Positions 1 through 11,619 of a stretch of 64,000 nt of DNA are shown here, piece after piece (position 1 is the stretch's first letter; every line of letters starts with the position of its first letter). Both the position numbers and the translations under genes were made by a program. The notes under the pieces are model-generated. The model was not told the DNA's origin. It saw only the letters and a program-made list of their open reading frames with translations, and did not search any database. Source of the stretch: an uncultured delta proteobacterium (GTDB lineage Bacteria > Myxococcota_A > Polyangia > Haliangiales > Haliangiaceae); NCBI GenBank assembly GCA_963743525.1, contig CAVUQH010000003.1, positions 1,152,001 through 1,216,000 of the forward strand. Direction: 5' to 3'.

Positions 1-267
1 GTCGTCGGGCTCGAGGTGGGGCGCCTCGACGTGGATGGCGGCCAGGACGGCCGAGGGGCTGGGATTGACCATCTGGGCGTCGCCGACCACCACGGTGGGC
101 ACCGTCTCGTTGCCGTTGGCGATCGACCGCACGGTGGCGGCGGCGTCGGCATCCTCCCAGATGTTGTGCTTGTCGAGCGGTACGCCCAAGCCGGACAGCC
201 GGCGCTCGAGTCGCATGCAGAAGCCGCAGCCGGGTCGCCAGTAGAAGGTGATCGCATCGGGGGTCAT
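1..267 (-). CDS. mycoredoxin/NrdH-like glutaredoxin (3' end runs off window)
   Basis: Manual translation MTPDAITFYWRPGCGFCMRLERRL...NIWEDADAAATVRSIANGNETVPTV; CGFC and TVP motifs. Confidence 0.85.
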   Translation of the reverse strand, partial: MTPDAITFYWRPGCGFCMRLERRLSGLGVPLDKHNIWEDADAAATVRSIANGNETVPTVVVGDAQMVNPSPSAVLAAIHVEAPHLEPDD

Positions 268-354
268 GTCGGTCACCTACCCAACAACCGGCGTTCAGGT
301 ACGGACATTCCCGTCACGGCGAGCGCGTGACGGCCCCGCTAGCGTCGCCGGACC

Positions 355-1356
355 ATGGGCATGGACCGAGCCGGATTCACCTTCGCGAGCATCATGGCGC
401 TGGGGCCACAGCTCGCCGTCGACACCGCGCGTGAGGCCGAGGAGCTCGGCTACCGCTCGTTCTGGACGGCCGAGACCACCGGCCCCGAGGCGTTCTCGAC
501 CCTGGGCGCCGCCGGCGCTGCCGCCCCGTCGCTGGGGCTGGGCACCGGCGTCCTCGCCCTGCAGCTGCGCACCCCGATGGTGGTGGCCATGGCGGCGGCC
601 ACCCTGCAGGCCCTGCAGCCCGAGCGCGACGTGTACGTGGGCATCGGCATCTCGTCGCCGGTGGTCACCGAGCGGTGGCACGGCGTCGACTACGGCGAAC
701 GTCCCCTGGCCCGCTGCCGCGAGTACATGACGTTGCTCAAGGAGATCTGGCAGGGCGACGCCGTCACCTTCGAGGGCGACTTCTACGGCCTCAAGCGTGC
801 CCGGTTGGGCGTTCGCCTGGGCGACAAGAAGCCCAAGGTGGTACTCGGCGCCCTCAACCCCAAGATGCTCGCCCTGGGTGGCGAGGTGGCCGACGGTGTC
901 CTGCTCAACTACCTGCCGTCGTCCCACGTGCCGTGGTCGGTCGAGCAGATCCGGGCCGGCGAGGCCCGGCGCACCGACGGCGGCTCGTGCACGGTCTTCG
1001 CGTACATCCACGCCGGCGTCACCGAAACCGAGCACGGCATCGACAACGCTCGCAAGGATCTGTTCTCCTACGCCGTGGTCGACGCCTACGCCCGCAACTT
1101 CGAGCGCGCCGGCTTCGGCGACGACGTGGCCGCCATCCGCGAGCGACATGCCGAGCGCGACCGCGAGGGCGCCGTGGCCGCCGTCAGCGACGAGTTCGCC
1201 CAGGCGATCGACTTCCTCGGCACGGCCGACCAGGTGGGCGACTTCGCCCGGGCCTACGTCGACGCCGGCGTCGAGGTGCCGGTCCTCATGCCGATGCCGT
1301 GGGGTCCCGACCGCCGCCAGGTGATCAGCGACACGATGCGGGCGTTCATCGCCTGA
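355..1356 (+). CDS. LLM-class (probably F420-dependent) oxidoreductase
   Basis: Intact 333 aa; AEELGYRSFWTAE, LGTGVL, GALNPKMLALGGEVADGV. Confidence 0.85.
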   Translation: MGMDRAGFTFASIMALGPQLAVDTAREAEELGYRSFWTAETTGPEAFSTLGAAGAAAPSLGLGTGVLALQLRTPMVVAMAAATLQALQPERDVYVGIGISSPVVTERWHGVDYGERPLARCREYMTLLKEIWQGDAVTFEGDFYGLKRARLGVRLGDKKPKVVLGALNPKMLALGGEVADGVLLNYLPSSHVPWSVEQIRAGEARRTDGGSCTVFAYIHAGVTETEHGIDNARKDLFSYAVVDAYARNFERAGFGDDVAAIRERHAERDREGAVAAVSDEFAQAIDFLGTADQVGDFARAYVDAGVEVPVLMPMPWGPDRRQVISDTMRAFIA

Positions 1357-1380
1357 ACGCCCGCATCGCGCCGTCAGGCA

Positions 1381-1947
1381 TCACTCGACCGTGATCGTGC
1401 CGATCATCCCGGCGTCGTAGTGGCCCGGCTGGTGGCAGGCGTAGGTGTACTCGCCCGGTTCGGTGAACGTGAAGGCCAGCTGCTTGGTCTCTCCCGGCTG
1501 GACCGCGATGGCGTTGGGCTCATCACCCATCACCATCCCCGGCGCCATGTTCGCCATCTCCTCCTCGTGGTCGAGCTGGAGCTGGTGATCGCCGAGCACG
1601 AACTCGTGCAGCAGCTTGCCCTCGTTCGTGACCTCGAAGTCCACCGTCTTGCCCGCCTGCACCGTCACCGACGGCGGGTCGTACGAGAGCGAGTCGAGCA
1701 TGGAGACCTGGATGGTCCGCTCGGCGTCGGCGGGGTCGGCCGGCTCGCCGAACGAGAACGACTCCTCGCCTCCCCCGCCTCCGGACGACGTGCCGGACAT
1801 GTCGCCCATCGTGGTGGTGGTCAGGGCGCCGCTCTCGGCGACGGGCGCCGAGTCGTCATCGCCGCAGGCGGTGGTGACGAGGGCCAGGGCCATGATCGCC
1901 GCGCCCAGGGCGAGCGCGCGTCGTGGACGTGTGGATTGCGTGAGCAT
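1381..1947 (-). CDS. cupredoxin/plastocyanin-like copper-binding lipoprotein
   Basis: Lipobox TTACG; HEFVLG and YACHQPGHYDAGM type-1 Cu ligands; GAAGGA RBS. Confidence 0.85.
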   Translation of the reverse strand: MLTQSTRPRRALALGAAIMALALVTTACGDDDSAPVAESGALTTTTMGDMSGTSSGGGGGEESFSFGEPADPADAERTIQVSMLDSLSYDPPSVTVQAGKTVDFEVTNEGKLLHEFVLGDHQLQLDHEEEMANMAPGMVMGDEPNAIAVQPGETKQLAFTFTEPGEYTYACHQPGHYDAGMIGTITVE

Positions 1948-2000
1948 GAGAGGTGTTCCTTCTGTCGATGTGCGGGCTCGAAACGTGGGTTCCATCGCCC

Positions 2001-2337
2001 CTAGGGCGGCGGGCCGTCACGTCCCATCGCCGCCATCGACGGCGGAAGGGGCGCGGGTCGGGGTGCAGTCCCCCCGTCATCCGGGTCGGCGGTGACCGAC
2101 GCGGGGAAGCGGGACCAGGCAGCACCGTCCCCGGGCCACCGTCGCATGCACCTTCCGATGATGGGGACGAACGGCCGACGGCACGGCCGCGTGGGACTGG
2201 CTCGTTCCCACGGCGGCCACACGGTGCCAGCGCACGGCCACCCGGCTGTCGAGGCCGTGCATCCCCAGGACGGCGACGACGACGAACAGCGAACCGATGA
2301 TCCACATCGGCGCCGGCAACGACCGGGGCAACGCCAT
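2001..2337 (-). CDS. small membrane protein, His-rich, GMHG motif (frameshifted)
   Basis: WIIGSLFVVVAVLGMHGL; directly upstream of the cupredoxin on the same strand. Confidence 0.4.
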
Positions 2338-2457
2338 TCCGTCATGTTGTGCCATCGGTCACCTCGGCTCTCAGTCAACCCTGACGGAGCGGCAACGCCA
2401 ACCGGGCGCCCGGCACGCATGCACGCATCGCGTGCCGACTGACTAGGTTCCGGCGTC

Positions 2458-3242
2458 GTGCAGCTGCAGGACAAGAACATCGTCGTCACCGGCGGGGCCA
2501 ACGGCATCGGCGCCGCCCTCTGCCGTCGATTCGCCGTCGAATCGCCCCGGATGATCGCCGTCGCCGACATCGACGGCGACGGGGCCCGCGACATCGCCGC
2601 CGAGATCGGCGGCAGTGCCGTCCAGGCCGATCTGGGCACCGAGGCCGGCAACCGCGACGTGGTCGCCGCCGCCGCCGAGCACGGCCCCATCGATCTGCTG
2701 TTCTGCAACGCCGGCATCGTGGTCGGCGGCGGCGTCGAGGCGCCCGACTCCGAGTGGGACCGCATCTGGGCCATCAACGTGATGGCCCACGTGTGGGCGG
2801 TGCGCGCCGCCCTGCCCGACATGCTCGCCCGGGGCGAGGGCTACATCTGCACCACCGCATCGGCGGCCGGGCTACTGACCAACCTCGGCGCCGCCCCCTA
2901 CTCGGTCACCAAGCACGCCGCCGTGGGCCTGGCCGAGTGGCTGGCCATCACCCACGGCGACCAGGGCATCAGCGTGTCGTGCCTGTGCCCGCAGGGCGTG
3001 CGCACCGACATGCTGTTCCCCGATGACGACGACGAGGCCGACGCCGGCGGCCGGTCAGCGTGCGGGCGCAGGGCGTGCTCGAGCCCGAGGACGTCGCCGA
3101 GGCGGTCGTCGCGGGCATGGCCGACGAGCGGTTCCTGATCCTCCCCCACCCCGAGGTCCTCGACTACTTCCAGCGCAAGGCCGACGACTACGACCGCTGG
3201 CTGGCCGGGATGCGCAGCCTCCAGGCCCGCATGCAGGACTGA
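2458..3242 (+). CDS. SDR family oxidoreductase (frameshift near 3055)
   Basis: [19 protein letters not shown]-terminus in ORF 3060-3242. Confidence 0.9.
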
Positions 3243-3259
3243 ACCCGCCCGAGGCTGCG

Positions 3260-3532
3260 GTGGTCGACACCTGGCTCCGCTCGCTCGGTCTGCGCCCCGG
3301 CGCCGAGATCCGCTTCCGGCGCCGCCCCGGCGAGCGCTGGCTGCCGGGCAAGGTCATGGGCCGCGAAGCCGACGGCTCCGTCGACCTGCGCGACGCGCGA
3401 GGCCGTTCCCGGGCGATCCCGGTCGACCAGATCGAGGTGTCCGAGCGCGGCCCACGCGGCGGCCGGGTGTGGACGCCGCTCACCGACATCGTCGCCCGCA
3501 CCGAGCAGCTCGACCTGTTCGACGACAGCTGA
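3260..3532 (+). CDS. hypothetical protein
   Basis: GC3-rich ORF VDTWLRSLGLRPG...QLDLFDDS. Confidence 0.6.
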   Translation: MVDTWLRSLGLRPGAEIRFRRRPGERWLPGKVMGREADGSVDLRDARGRSRAIPVDQIEVSERGPRGGRVWTPLTDIVARTEQLDLFDDS

Positions 3533-3533
3533 C

Positions 3534-4261
3534 GTGGCGCGGTCGAGCGCTCCTGCGCCCACCTTCGAGCGGACGACGTGCCGCTGGCGTTGGCTGAGGT
3601 CCACCGGTCGCTACCGGTCGGTGCACCACTGCGCTGCTCGGTGCCCGCCGGAACCGACGATGCGACCCTGCACGACCTGTTCGACGGCGCCGGCTTCACC
3701 GACATCCACCTGCACGGCGAGCGTCCTCGGTTCGTGGAGGCCGTACGGGCCCGGACGCTGCCCGACACCGTCGGACCCGACATGCGCGTCCTCGTCTGTG
3801 GCCTCAACCCGTCGCTGCGCGCCGCCGACAGCGGCGTCGGCTTCTTCACGCCGGGCAACCGGTTCTGGCCCGCCGCGCTCGCGGCCGGGCTGGCGTCGGT
3901 CGACCGCGACCCGTGGCGGGCGCTGCGCGACCACGGCATGGGCATGACCGACCTGGTGAAGCGGGCGACGCGCCGGGCCGACGAGCTCGACCCGGCCGAG
4001 TACCGCGGCGGCTGGGCCCGGGTCGACCGCCTGTGCGCCCGGCTGCGGCCCGGCGCGGTGTGCATGGTCGGCCTGACCGGCTGGCGCACGGCGGTCAACC
4101 GGCGTGCCAGGGCCGGGTGGCAGACCGAGCAGCTGGGCGGCAGGCCGGTGTACGTGATGCCGTCGACCTCGGGCCTCAACGCCCACAGCCGCCCGGCCGA
4201 CCTGCTCGAGCACCTGCAGACGGTGCTGGCCGGCCCGCCCGACGGAGCCAGCGAGGGCTAG
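3534..4261 (+). CDS. mug: G/U mismatch-specific DNA glycosylase (Mug/TDG family) with N-terminal extension
   Basis: GLNPS, GNRFWPA, TDLVKR, MPSTSGLNAH. Confidence 0.8.
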
Positions 4262-5231
4262 CGCGGGGGCCAGGTCGCGGACGGCCTGGCGCGGGTCGAG
4301 GCCGAAGGGCAGGATGGCCAGGGCCGGGGTGGTGACGCCGTTGTCCACGTAGCGCTCGATGTGCTCGCGGCACTCCTCGGGCGTGCCGTGGACGATGAGC
4401 TCGTCGACCACCTGGTCGGGGATGGCGGCGAGGGCGGCCTTGCGGTCGCCCGCCTTCCACGCGTCCCACATGTCGGCGAGCAGCTCGCCCCGGCCCAGCC
4501 AGTCGTGGAAGGCGGCGTACACGGGCACGTTGAGGTAGGCGGCGATGGCGAAGCGGCCCATGCCCGCGGACGGTGTCGGCGTCGTCGGTGGGGGCCACGA
4601 AGATGCGGGCCACCATCTCCTTGGCGCGCCGTCGCCGGCGCCTGCACGATGGGGGCCACGGTGGACACGTCGTCGGCCGACAGCCAGTTGATGATGGCGC
4701 CGTCGCCCTCGCGCCCGGCCAGCCGCAGCATCCCCTCCCGCAGGGCGGCGATCAGGATCGGCACCGGCTGCTCGGGCACGACGCCCGAGCTGGAAGCCGT
4801 TGCACCGAGAAGGTGTCGTAGTCCTCCTTGACCTTCTCGCCGGTCGAGGGCCGCGCGCAGGAAGCGCACCATGTCGCGGGTCCTGCTGGTACGGGCTCGT
4901 CGAAGGCGATGCCGTTCCAGCCGCTCGACGATCACGTTCGACGACGTGCCGATGCCGAAGGCCAACCGGCCGGGCGCGGCGTCGGCCAGCGAGGCCACGC
5001 ACTGGGCCAAGCAGCGCCGGGCCGCGGGTGAAGGCGGGGACGATGGCGGTGCCCAGGCGCAGCGACGGCGCCCACACCGACGCCAGGGCCAGCGGCGTGA
5101 AGCCGTCGGCGCCGTTGGCCTCCGCCGACCACACGTCGGTGTAGCCGAGGTCGGCCAGCTCCGCGATCCAGCTCGCGCTGGGCGTGGAGCGGGACGCCGT
5201 CGAAGGGGATGGTCATGCCGTAGCGCTGCAT
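4258..5231 (-). CDS. LLM-class F420-dependent oxidoreductase (frameshifted)
   Basis: MQRYGMTIPFDG, WSAEANGADGF, AALREGMLRLAGREGDG across frames. Confidence 0.85.
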
Positions 5232-5253
5232 GGCCGCATCCTGCCATGTCGTG

Positions 5254-6123
5254 TCACCGGTCGAGCCGGCGCGGCTCGCCCCGGCGGCGGTGCCGCGGCC
5301 CGGCCTCGGACTCCTCGTGGATAGCGCACGATGGTCGACTGGCTGGCGGTGGCCAGCAGGGTGCCGTCCTCGGCCCACAGGTGCACGAGGCCGTGCCCGA
5401 AGCCGTTGGCGATGGCGTGGACCCGGATGTCGAGCAGGACCCAGTCGGTCGGCGACGATCTCGACCATGCGCAAGGTGTTGTCGAGGCTGTTGCCGCCGG
5501 CGTGGCGACCGAGCGCCTGTCCGAGGCCGAACGGGCACGTAGTCGCCGAGGATGGCCAGCGCGGCGCCGCGACATCTCGAGCACCTCGGGCATGCGGGCC
5601 CACATCGAGCAGCTGCCCGTCCGGCGCCGGGATCGCCGTCGATCTCGTCCCAGCTGCGGGCGTCGGCCAGGCGGAAGTCGAGCCGCGCATCATGCATCGA
5701 CGTCGTCCTCGACGACCCGCGGCGAAGCGCGGCTCGGCACTCGTCGGGCGGCGGGACGTCGGGCATCGTCGCCCACATGCCCGTCGCCGGCGGGTCGCGG
5801 TGGCCGAGCGCGGCGTTGACCGTGAGGATCTCGCGGTCGCCGACGTGGCCGATGGCCCGGGCCTGGGTGATCGACTTGCCCTGCGGCGGCCGATGACCAC
5901 GTCGATGTCCATGATCGAGCCGGTCTGGGCGTACGACAGGTACTGGGCGGTGGCCCAGATCACCGGGCGACCGGTGGTGCGCTCCATGGCCTCGATGCCG
6001 GCACCCAGGCCGCACCCGCCCCAGAGGAAGTTGCCCATGGTCGACACGCCCGGGGTCACCGGGAGGTACCAGCGGTTGGGGTTGTGGGTCGACTGCGAGT
6101 CCGAGGAAGGTCTTGGCGTCCAC
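5254..6123 (-). CDS. acyl-CoA thioesterase, TesB-like (frameshifted)
   Basis: FLWGGCGLGAG, WATAQYLS, NSLDNTLR, GFGHGLVHLW, ATASQS. Confidence 0.8.
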   Translation of the reverse strand: MDAKTFLGLAVDPQPQPLVPPGDPGRVDHGQLPLGRVRPGCRHRGHGAHHRSPGDLGHRPVPVVRPDRLDHGHRRGHRPPQGKSITQARAIGHVGDREILTVNAALGHRDPPATGMWATMPDVPPPDECRAALRRGSSRTTSMHDARLDFRLADARSWDEIDGDPGAGRAAARCGPACPRCSRCRGAALAILGDYVPVRPRTGARSPRRRQQPRQHLAHGRDRRRPTGSCSTSGSTPSPTASGTASCTCGPRTAPCWPPPASRPSCAIHEESEAGPRHRRRGEPRRLDR

Positions 6124-6134
6124 GGCGCGGGAGC

Positions 6135-8347
6135 CTAGGGACGCGCCCCGCCGCCGGACGGATCCGGATAGATGCGGTCGGCGTACTCCGCTGACCATGC
6201 GGGCGGCGGAGAACCGGGGGCCGTTGGTGCGCAGGCTGGCCTCGCACCATCGCCACCCAGCCGGCGGGGACGCCGTCGTCGTCGCGGTCGTGGAACAGCG
6301 GGACGACCTGCTGCTCGAGCAGGTCGAAGAGGGCGTCGGCGTGCGCGGCGGTCCTGGGCCTCGTGGTCGTCGGTCGACGTCGCCGTCGATGGCCCAGCCG
6401 TTGGTGCCGTCGTAGGCCTCGGCCCACCAGCCGTCGAGCACCGACAGGTTGAGGCCGCCGTTGAGCGCCGCCTTCATCCCGCTGGTGCCGCTGGCCTCCT
6501 GGGGCGGGCGGGGCAGGTTGACCCAGACGTCGCAGCCGGCGACCAGCTCGGCGGCCGAGCGGCAGGTCGTAGTCCTCGAGGAAGGCGACCCGTGCGCCGA
6601 CGCTCGGCGCTGCCCTTGAGCTGGAACAGCGTCGCGCAGGATCGCCTTGGCGCCGTCGTCGGCCGGGTGGGCCTTGCCGGCGAACACGAACTGCACCGGG
6701 CGCGTCGCCGCCGAGCAGCCGCAGGGCCCGGTCGGCGTCGCAGGGCCAGCAGGTACAGGCGCTTGTAGGTGGCGAGCCGCCGGGCGAAGCCGAGCGTGAG
6801 GCGCGTCGGGGTCGAAGCCGTCGTGCGGCCGCCTCGGCGTAGTCGAGGTCCTCGCCGCGCCGCAGGCGGTCCTCGGTGGCCTGCGCGCCGCGAGCCAGCT
6901 CGACCAGCGTGGCGCCGGGCCTCGCTGCGCGCCGCCCACAGCTCGGCGTCGGGGATGTCGTCGACCGGCGCCCAGGTGCTCGGGCTCGTCGGCCCGGTCG
7001 CTGCCAGCCGTCGCCGAGGTGGCGGTCGAGCAGGTCGCGCATCGGCGCGCGCAGCCAGGTGGGCAGGTGCACGCCGTTGGTGACGTGGGTGATCGGCACG
7101 TCCTCGCGCTGGCGCCGCCGAAGAGCGGCTGCCACATGTCCCGGGCGACCTCGCCGTGGCGCCGGCTGACCGCCGTTGGCCGACCGGCGACGCCCGCAGC
7201 GCCAGCGCGGTCATGCCGAGGGCTGCGTCGGGTCGTCCTGGTCGACCCGGCCCAGCGCGAGGAGCCGCTCGCGGTCGCCGCGTCAGGTCGAGCGAGCCGG
7301 CCGAGCACGCTCGAGCGATCTCGTCGCGGCCGTAGGTCTCGTTGCCGGCGGGCACCGGGCGTGTGGGTGGTGAACACGATGCCGGCTGCGCGCACCTGCT
7401 CGCCAGGCGTCGTCCGAACGACGCCGCCGCTCGCGCGCCGCGGCCAGCGAGCTCGAAGCGCGGCCAGCGCCGGGTGCCCCTCGTTCAGGTGGCAGCACGG
7501 CCGGCTCGATGCCCAGCGCGTCGCAGCGCCCGCACCCCGCCGACGCCCAGCACCGCGTACTGGGCCAGGCGGATCGCGCCGGTTGCCGTCGTAGAGGCGG
7601 GCGGTCGATCCAGCGGCCCACCGGCGAGTTCGTCGTCGACGGTCGGTGTCGAGCAGGTAGAGCGGCACCCGGCCGACGTCGACCCGCCAGACGTGCACGG
7701 TGACGTCCTCGTCGCCGACCGGCACGGTGACCGTGAGCGGCTGGCCGTGCGTCGTCGGTGACCCGGACGCACGGCGGGCCGCTCGGGGTCGGCGTCCACC
7801 CAGTACTCGTGCTGCATGCCGCAGGGGTCGAGCCGCTGGTGGAAGTAGCCGTTGCGGTAGAGCAGGCCGACGCCCACCATCGGCAGGGCGAGGTCGGACT
7901 GCCGCCTTCACGATGTCGCCGGCGAGCACGCCGAGGCCGCCGGAGTAGATCGGCAGCGACGGGTGCACGCCGAACTCGGCGCACAGGAAGGCCGCCGGAT
8001 GCTCGGGACTGGTCGCTCCCGGACGGGGTGGACGAGCGCGGTCGGCGGCGAGCGAGCCGGCCAGGGCCTGGATGCGATCCACCAGCGACCGGGTCGGCGG
8101 CGGCCCGCTCGAGCTCGACCGAGGGTGTCTCGCAGAGCAGGCGGATCGGGTTGTGGCCGACCCGGTCCCACCGTGCGGGAGCGATGGCCGCGAACACCGC
8201 CGGCCCGTCCGCCGACCACGTCCAGCGCAGGTCGTAGGCGACGTCGGCCAGTGGCGCCAGCGCCGGCGGCAGCCGGTCGGCCAGCGTCATGATCGCCTGC
8301 GCGACCTCCTCGTCACCCCGGCGCGTCCCGTCCGTCGTGTCGGTCAT
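6135..8347 (-). CDS. glgP: alpha-glucan (glycogen) phosphorylase (many frameshifts)
   Basis: YSGGLGVLAGD, HLNEGHP, FARRLATYKR, AGKAHP, EASGTSGMKA, LDGWWAE. Confidence 0.92.
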
Positions 8348-8512
8348 GGTCGCCCAGTCAACAGGATGGCTGCGACGGTGGCTCCGGTCGGGCCTCGGTG
8401 ACCGCGGTTTGGCGTCAACGGACCCTGCCGGTAGAACCGGTGGCCTCCGGTTCGCATGGTGCGCGACCCGCGGTGCCCGCCGGATCAAGCACGCAACGCG
8501 AGAAGGGGCGGG

Positions 8513-10045
8513 ATGCATCGCAGGACACGACGTCGATTCGCCGCGGCGCTGGCAGCGGCGCTGATCATGGGGGGCTGCGCCGGGTCGTCCGGCTCGGACG
8601 ACAGCGAGAGCGACGCTCCGGCCACCACGGTCGACGGTGGCGCCTCGACTGACGCCGGCGACCAGGCCGCTGCGGTCCAGGCGCTCGACGAGACCCAACG
8701 CACCCACCTCGTGGAGGGCGGCGAGACGACGTGGGACGTGACGTACGACCCGGCGACCACCGTGGTCGACGGCGAGGCCCTGGCCGCGCTCACGTCCGGC
8801 GACCCGGCGACCGGCACGTACACCTTCGACACCGACGGGGCCGACGCTGCTGGCCTCGATCTGAGCGAGGGCCGCGTGCTGCTCGTGGCCGGACAGGCGG
8901 TGCGGCGCATCACCGCCGTGGACGACGGCGGTGCGACGACGACGGTGCGGACCGAACAGGCCACGCTGGCTGACGCCATCGACGAGGGCACCGTGGCGTG
9001 GGACGTGCCGATCCGGTTCGACTTCGACCAGTTCCTCACCGCGACGGGCGACGGCTCCGGTCCCAGTCGCATGCGCGGTGCGGCCGCGCCGACGGTCGCC
9101 GGCGAAGCCCAGCTCGCCTCGATCGCCATGCGCATGCCCGACGGGCGCACGGTGCCGCTGCAGTCGTCGGACGAGATCGGCCAGGAGATCAAGGACTCGA
9201 TCACGGTCAAGCCCGAGCAGGGCGCCGTCGAATGGACGTACGGATCCCACGGGAACAAGTACCAGTTCCGCCTGACCGCCAAGGGTGACGCCGTCGACAT
9301 CCTGGTCGTCGTGTCCCGCGAGTCGGGCCGCGGTGCCACGATGGCCTTCCGGGGCGAAGGCACGATCGGCAGCCTGCGTTCGGTGTCCTCGAGCAACTAC
9401 CACGACAGCGAGCTGACCGGTTCCGACGTCGAGTTGCAGGAGCTGGCCAGCGACCTCGACCTGTCGCTGTCGGTCGCCGGCGCCGGCGTGTCACCGGTCG
9501 ACTTCGAGATCCCCGTCCCCATGCTCACCTACACCTGGCTGGTGGGACCGGTCCCCGTCACGCTCGACCTCACCGCAGAGATCATCGGCAACGTCGACGC
9601 CCAGGCCAACGCCTCCGCGACCGCGAAGTCGTCCTTCTCGTACCGGGGCAGCGCCGGGTTCCGCTTCGAGGGCGCCGACGTGTCCACCTCGGGTGCGACC
9701 GACGTGGACGAGATGGACCCGGAACCGGCCGACTCGGCAGCGGGGATGGGCATCGACGTCGACGCCCAGTTCGGGCTGGGCTTCCCCAGCGTCTCTCTGT
9801 CCGTCCTGGGCCAGGGGCTGGTACCCCACCTCAGAGCCGGAGCCGTGATCGGTTCGCACCTGCAATGGGGCGGACCCGCCGCGGGGTTCCCAGCCTCGTC
9901 CATCTGCAAGTCGGCGTACGTGCGGATGGAAGTATCGGGCGGCTACGACTTCATGATCCTCGGCGAGAGCCTGGCCGGCGACAAGTTCACGCTCTACGAG
10001 GACGAGAACAAGACCGAGGCGGACAACTGTCCCGACGACGGCTGA
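8513..10045 (+). CDS. secreted beta-rich lipoprotein, unknown function
   Basis: Intact ORF; MHRRTRRRFAAALAAALIMGGC signal/lipobox. Confidence 0.7.
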   Translation: MHRRTRRRFAAALAAALIMGGCAGSSGSDDSESDAPATTVDGGASTDAGDQAAAVQALDETQRTHLVEGGETTWDVTYDPATTVVDGEALAALTSGDPATGTYTFDTDGADAAGLDLSEGRVLLVAGQAVRRITAVDDGGATTTVRTEQATLADAIDEGTVAWDVPIRFDFDQFLTATGDGSGPSRMRGAAAPTVAGEAQLASIAMRMPDGRTVPLQSSDEIGQEIKDSITVKPEQGAVEWTYGSHGNKYQFRLTAKGDAVDILVVVSRESGRGATMAFRGEGTIGSLRSVSSSNYHDSELTGSDVELQELASDLDLSLSVAGAGVSPVDFEIPVPMLTYTWLVGPVPVTLDLTAEIIGNVDAQANASATAKSSFSYRGSAGFRFEGADVSTSGATDVDEMDPEPADSAAGMGIDVDAQFGLGFPSVSLSVLGQGLVPHLRAGAVIGSHLQWGGPAAGFPASSICKSAYVRMEVSGGYDFMILGESLAGDKFTLYEDENKTEADNCPDDG

Positions 10046-10151
10046 CCCCGGCCGGCAGCCACACCGGCCGTCCCGGGACGTTGTGCCCTGGCGGATCGAC
10101 GGCGGCGACGCGCACGATGCGACGAGTCGCCCCGATCCGCAGGAGGCCGCC

Positions 10152-11619
10152 ATGGCGATGGACCGGTTCATGGAACCCACGGATGCCTGGATCTGGTATC
10201 TCGAGCAGGACCCCCTGCTGCGGTTCACGGTCACCGCGATCACGCTGCTCGACCGCGCCCCGGACTGGGACCGGCTGGTGGACCGCTTCGAGAAGGCCAG
10301 TCGCGTGGCGCCGCACTTCCGGGACCGGGTCGTGTCCACGCCGTTCCGCCTGGCACCACCCCGCTGGGTCAGCGACGAGCGCTTCGACCTGAGCTACCAC
10401 CTCCGGCGGGTGCGGGCTCCGTCGCCGGGGACCTTCGGTTCGGTCCTCGAGCTCGCCCGGACCTCCGCGATGGCCGGGCTCGACCGCAGCCGCCCGCTCT
10501 GGGAGGCGACGCTGGTGGAAGACGTCGACGGCGACGGCGCCGCGCTCATCGTGAAGACCCACCACTCGCTCACCGACGGCGTGGGCGGCATGCAGCTGGC
10601 CCTCGTCCTGTTCGACCTGGAGCCCGATGCGAACCCGACCGAGTGGCCCGACCCACCGGCTCCGGAGGCGTTGTCCGCGACCGGCCTGGCACGGGACGCG
10701 CTCGCCCACCACTCGAACCGGATGGTCCGGGCCGGTGCGCGCGCCGCCGGAGCAGCGCTGCCGACCCTGGGCCGGCTGGCGCGCGATCCGGTCGGCACCG
10801 CCGGCGGCTGGCTGCGCACCGGGACCTCGGTTGCCCGCATGGTGCGTCCGGTCGGCAGCACCCTGTCGCCAGTGATGCGCGATCGTGGGTTGTCGTGGCG
10901 CTTCCAGGCGCTCGAAGTGCCGTTGGACGAACTGCGTCGGTCGACGAAGGTGACGGGCACGACGTTGAACGATGCGTTCCTGGCCGGGATCACCGGCGGG
11001 ATGCGTCGGTACCACGAGCAGCTCGGCCACCCGGTGCGCGAGCTGCGGGTGAGCATGCCGATCAGCATCCGCGAGGACGGCGACCCCATCGGTGGCAACC
11101 GGGTCGCCATCGTGCGGTACCCGGTGCCGGTGGACGTCGCCGATCCACGCGAGCGCCTGCCGCTGCTCCACGGCGCCGCCACGAGCGCTCGCGAGGAGCC
11201 CGCGGTGCCCCACACCGAGGCGGTCGTCGAGGCCGTATCGCCGCTCACGCCGCTGGCCGTGCGCTCCATGGCGGTGCACATGGACTTCGGGGCGAGCAAC
11301 GTGCCGGGCCCGCCGTTCCCGGTGTACCTGGCGGGAGCGGAGGCGCTGCGGTTCTACCCGTTCGGTCCCACGGGTGGGTCGGCGGTCAACATCACGCTGC
11401 TCTCCTACCGCGGCACCTGCTGCATCGGCGTCAACGCGGACACGGCGGCGGTCACCGACGGTGAGCGGTTCCTCGCCTGCCTGGCCGAGGGTTTCGACGA
11501 GGTGCTCGCGCTCGGCGGTGCCGGCGCACGAGCGACGGTGGCCGGTTTTCCGGGTGGCCCCACGGCCGAGCCCGCCGCATCCGTCGACGACCGCCGCGTC
11601 GAGGAACAGCAGTGCCTAG
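10152..11619 (+). CDS. wax ester synthase/diacylglycerol acyltransferase (3' end uncertain)
   Basis: HHSLTDGVG, LDRSRPLWE, TLNDAFLA, SNVPGP; AGGAGG RBS. Confidence 0.9.
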
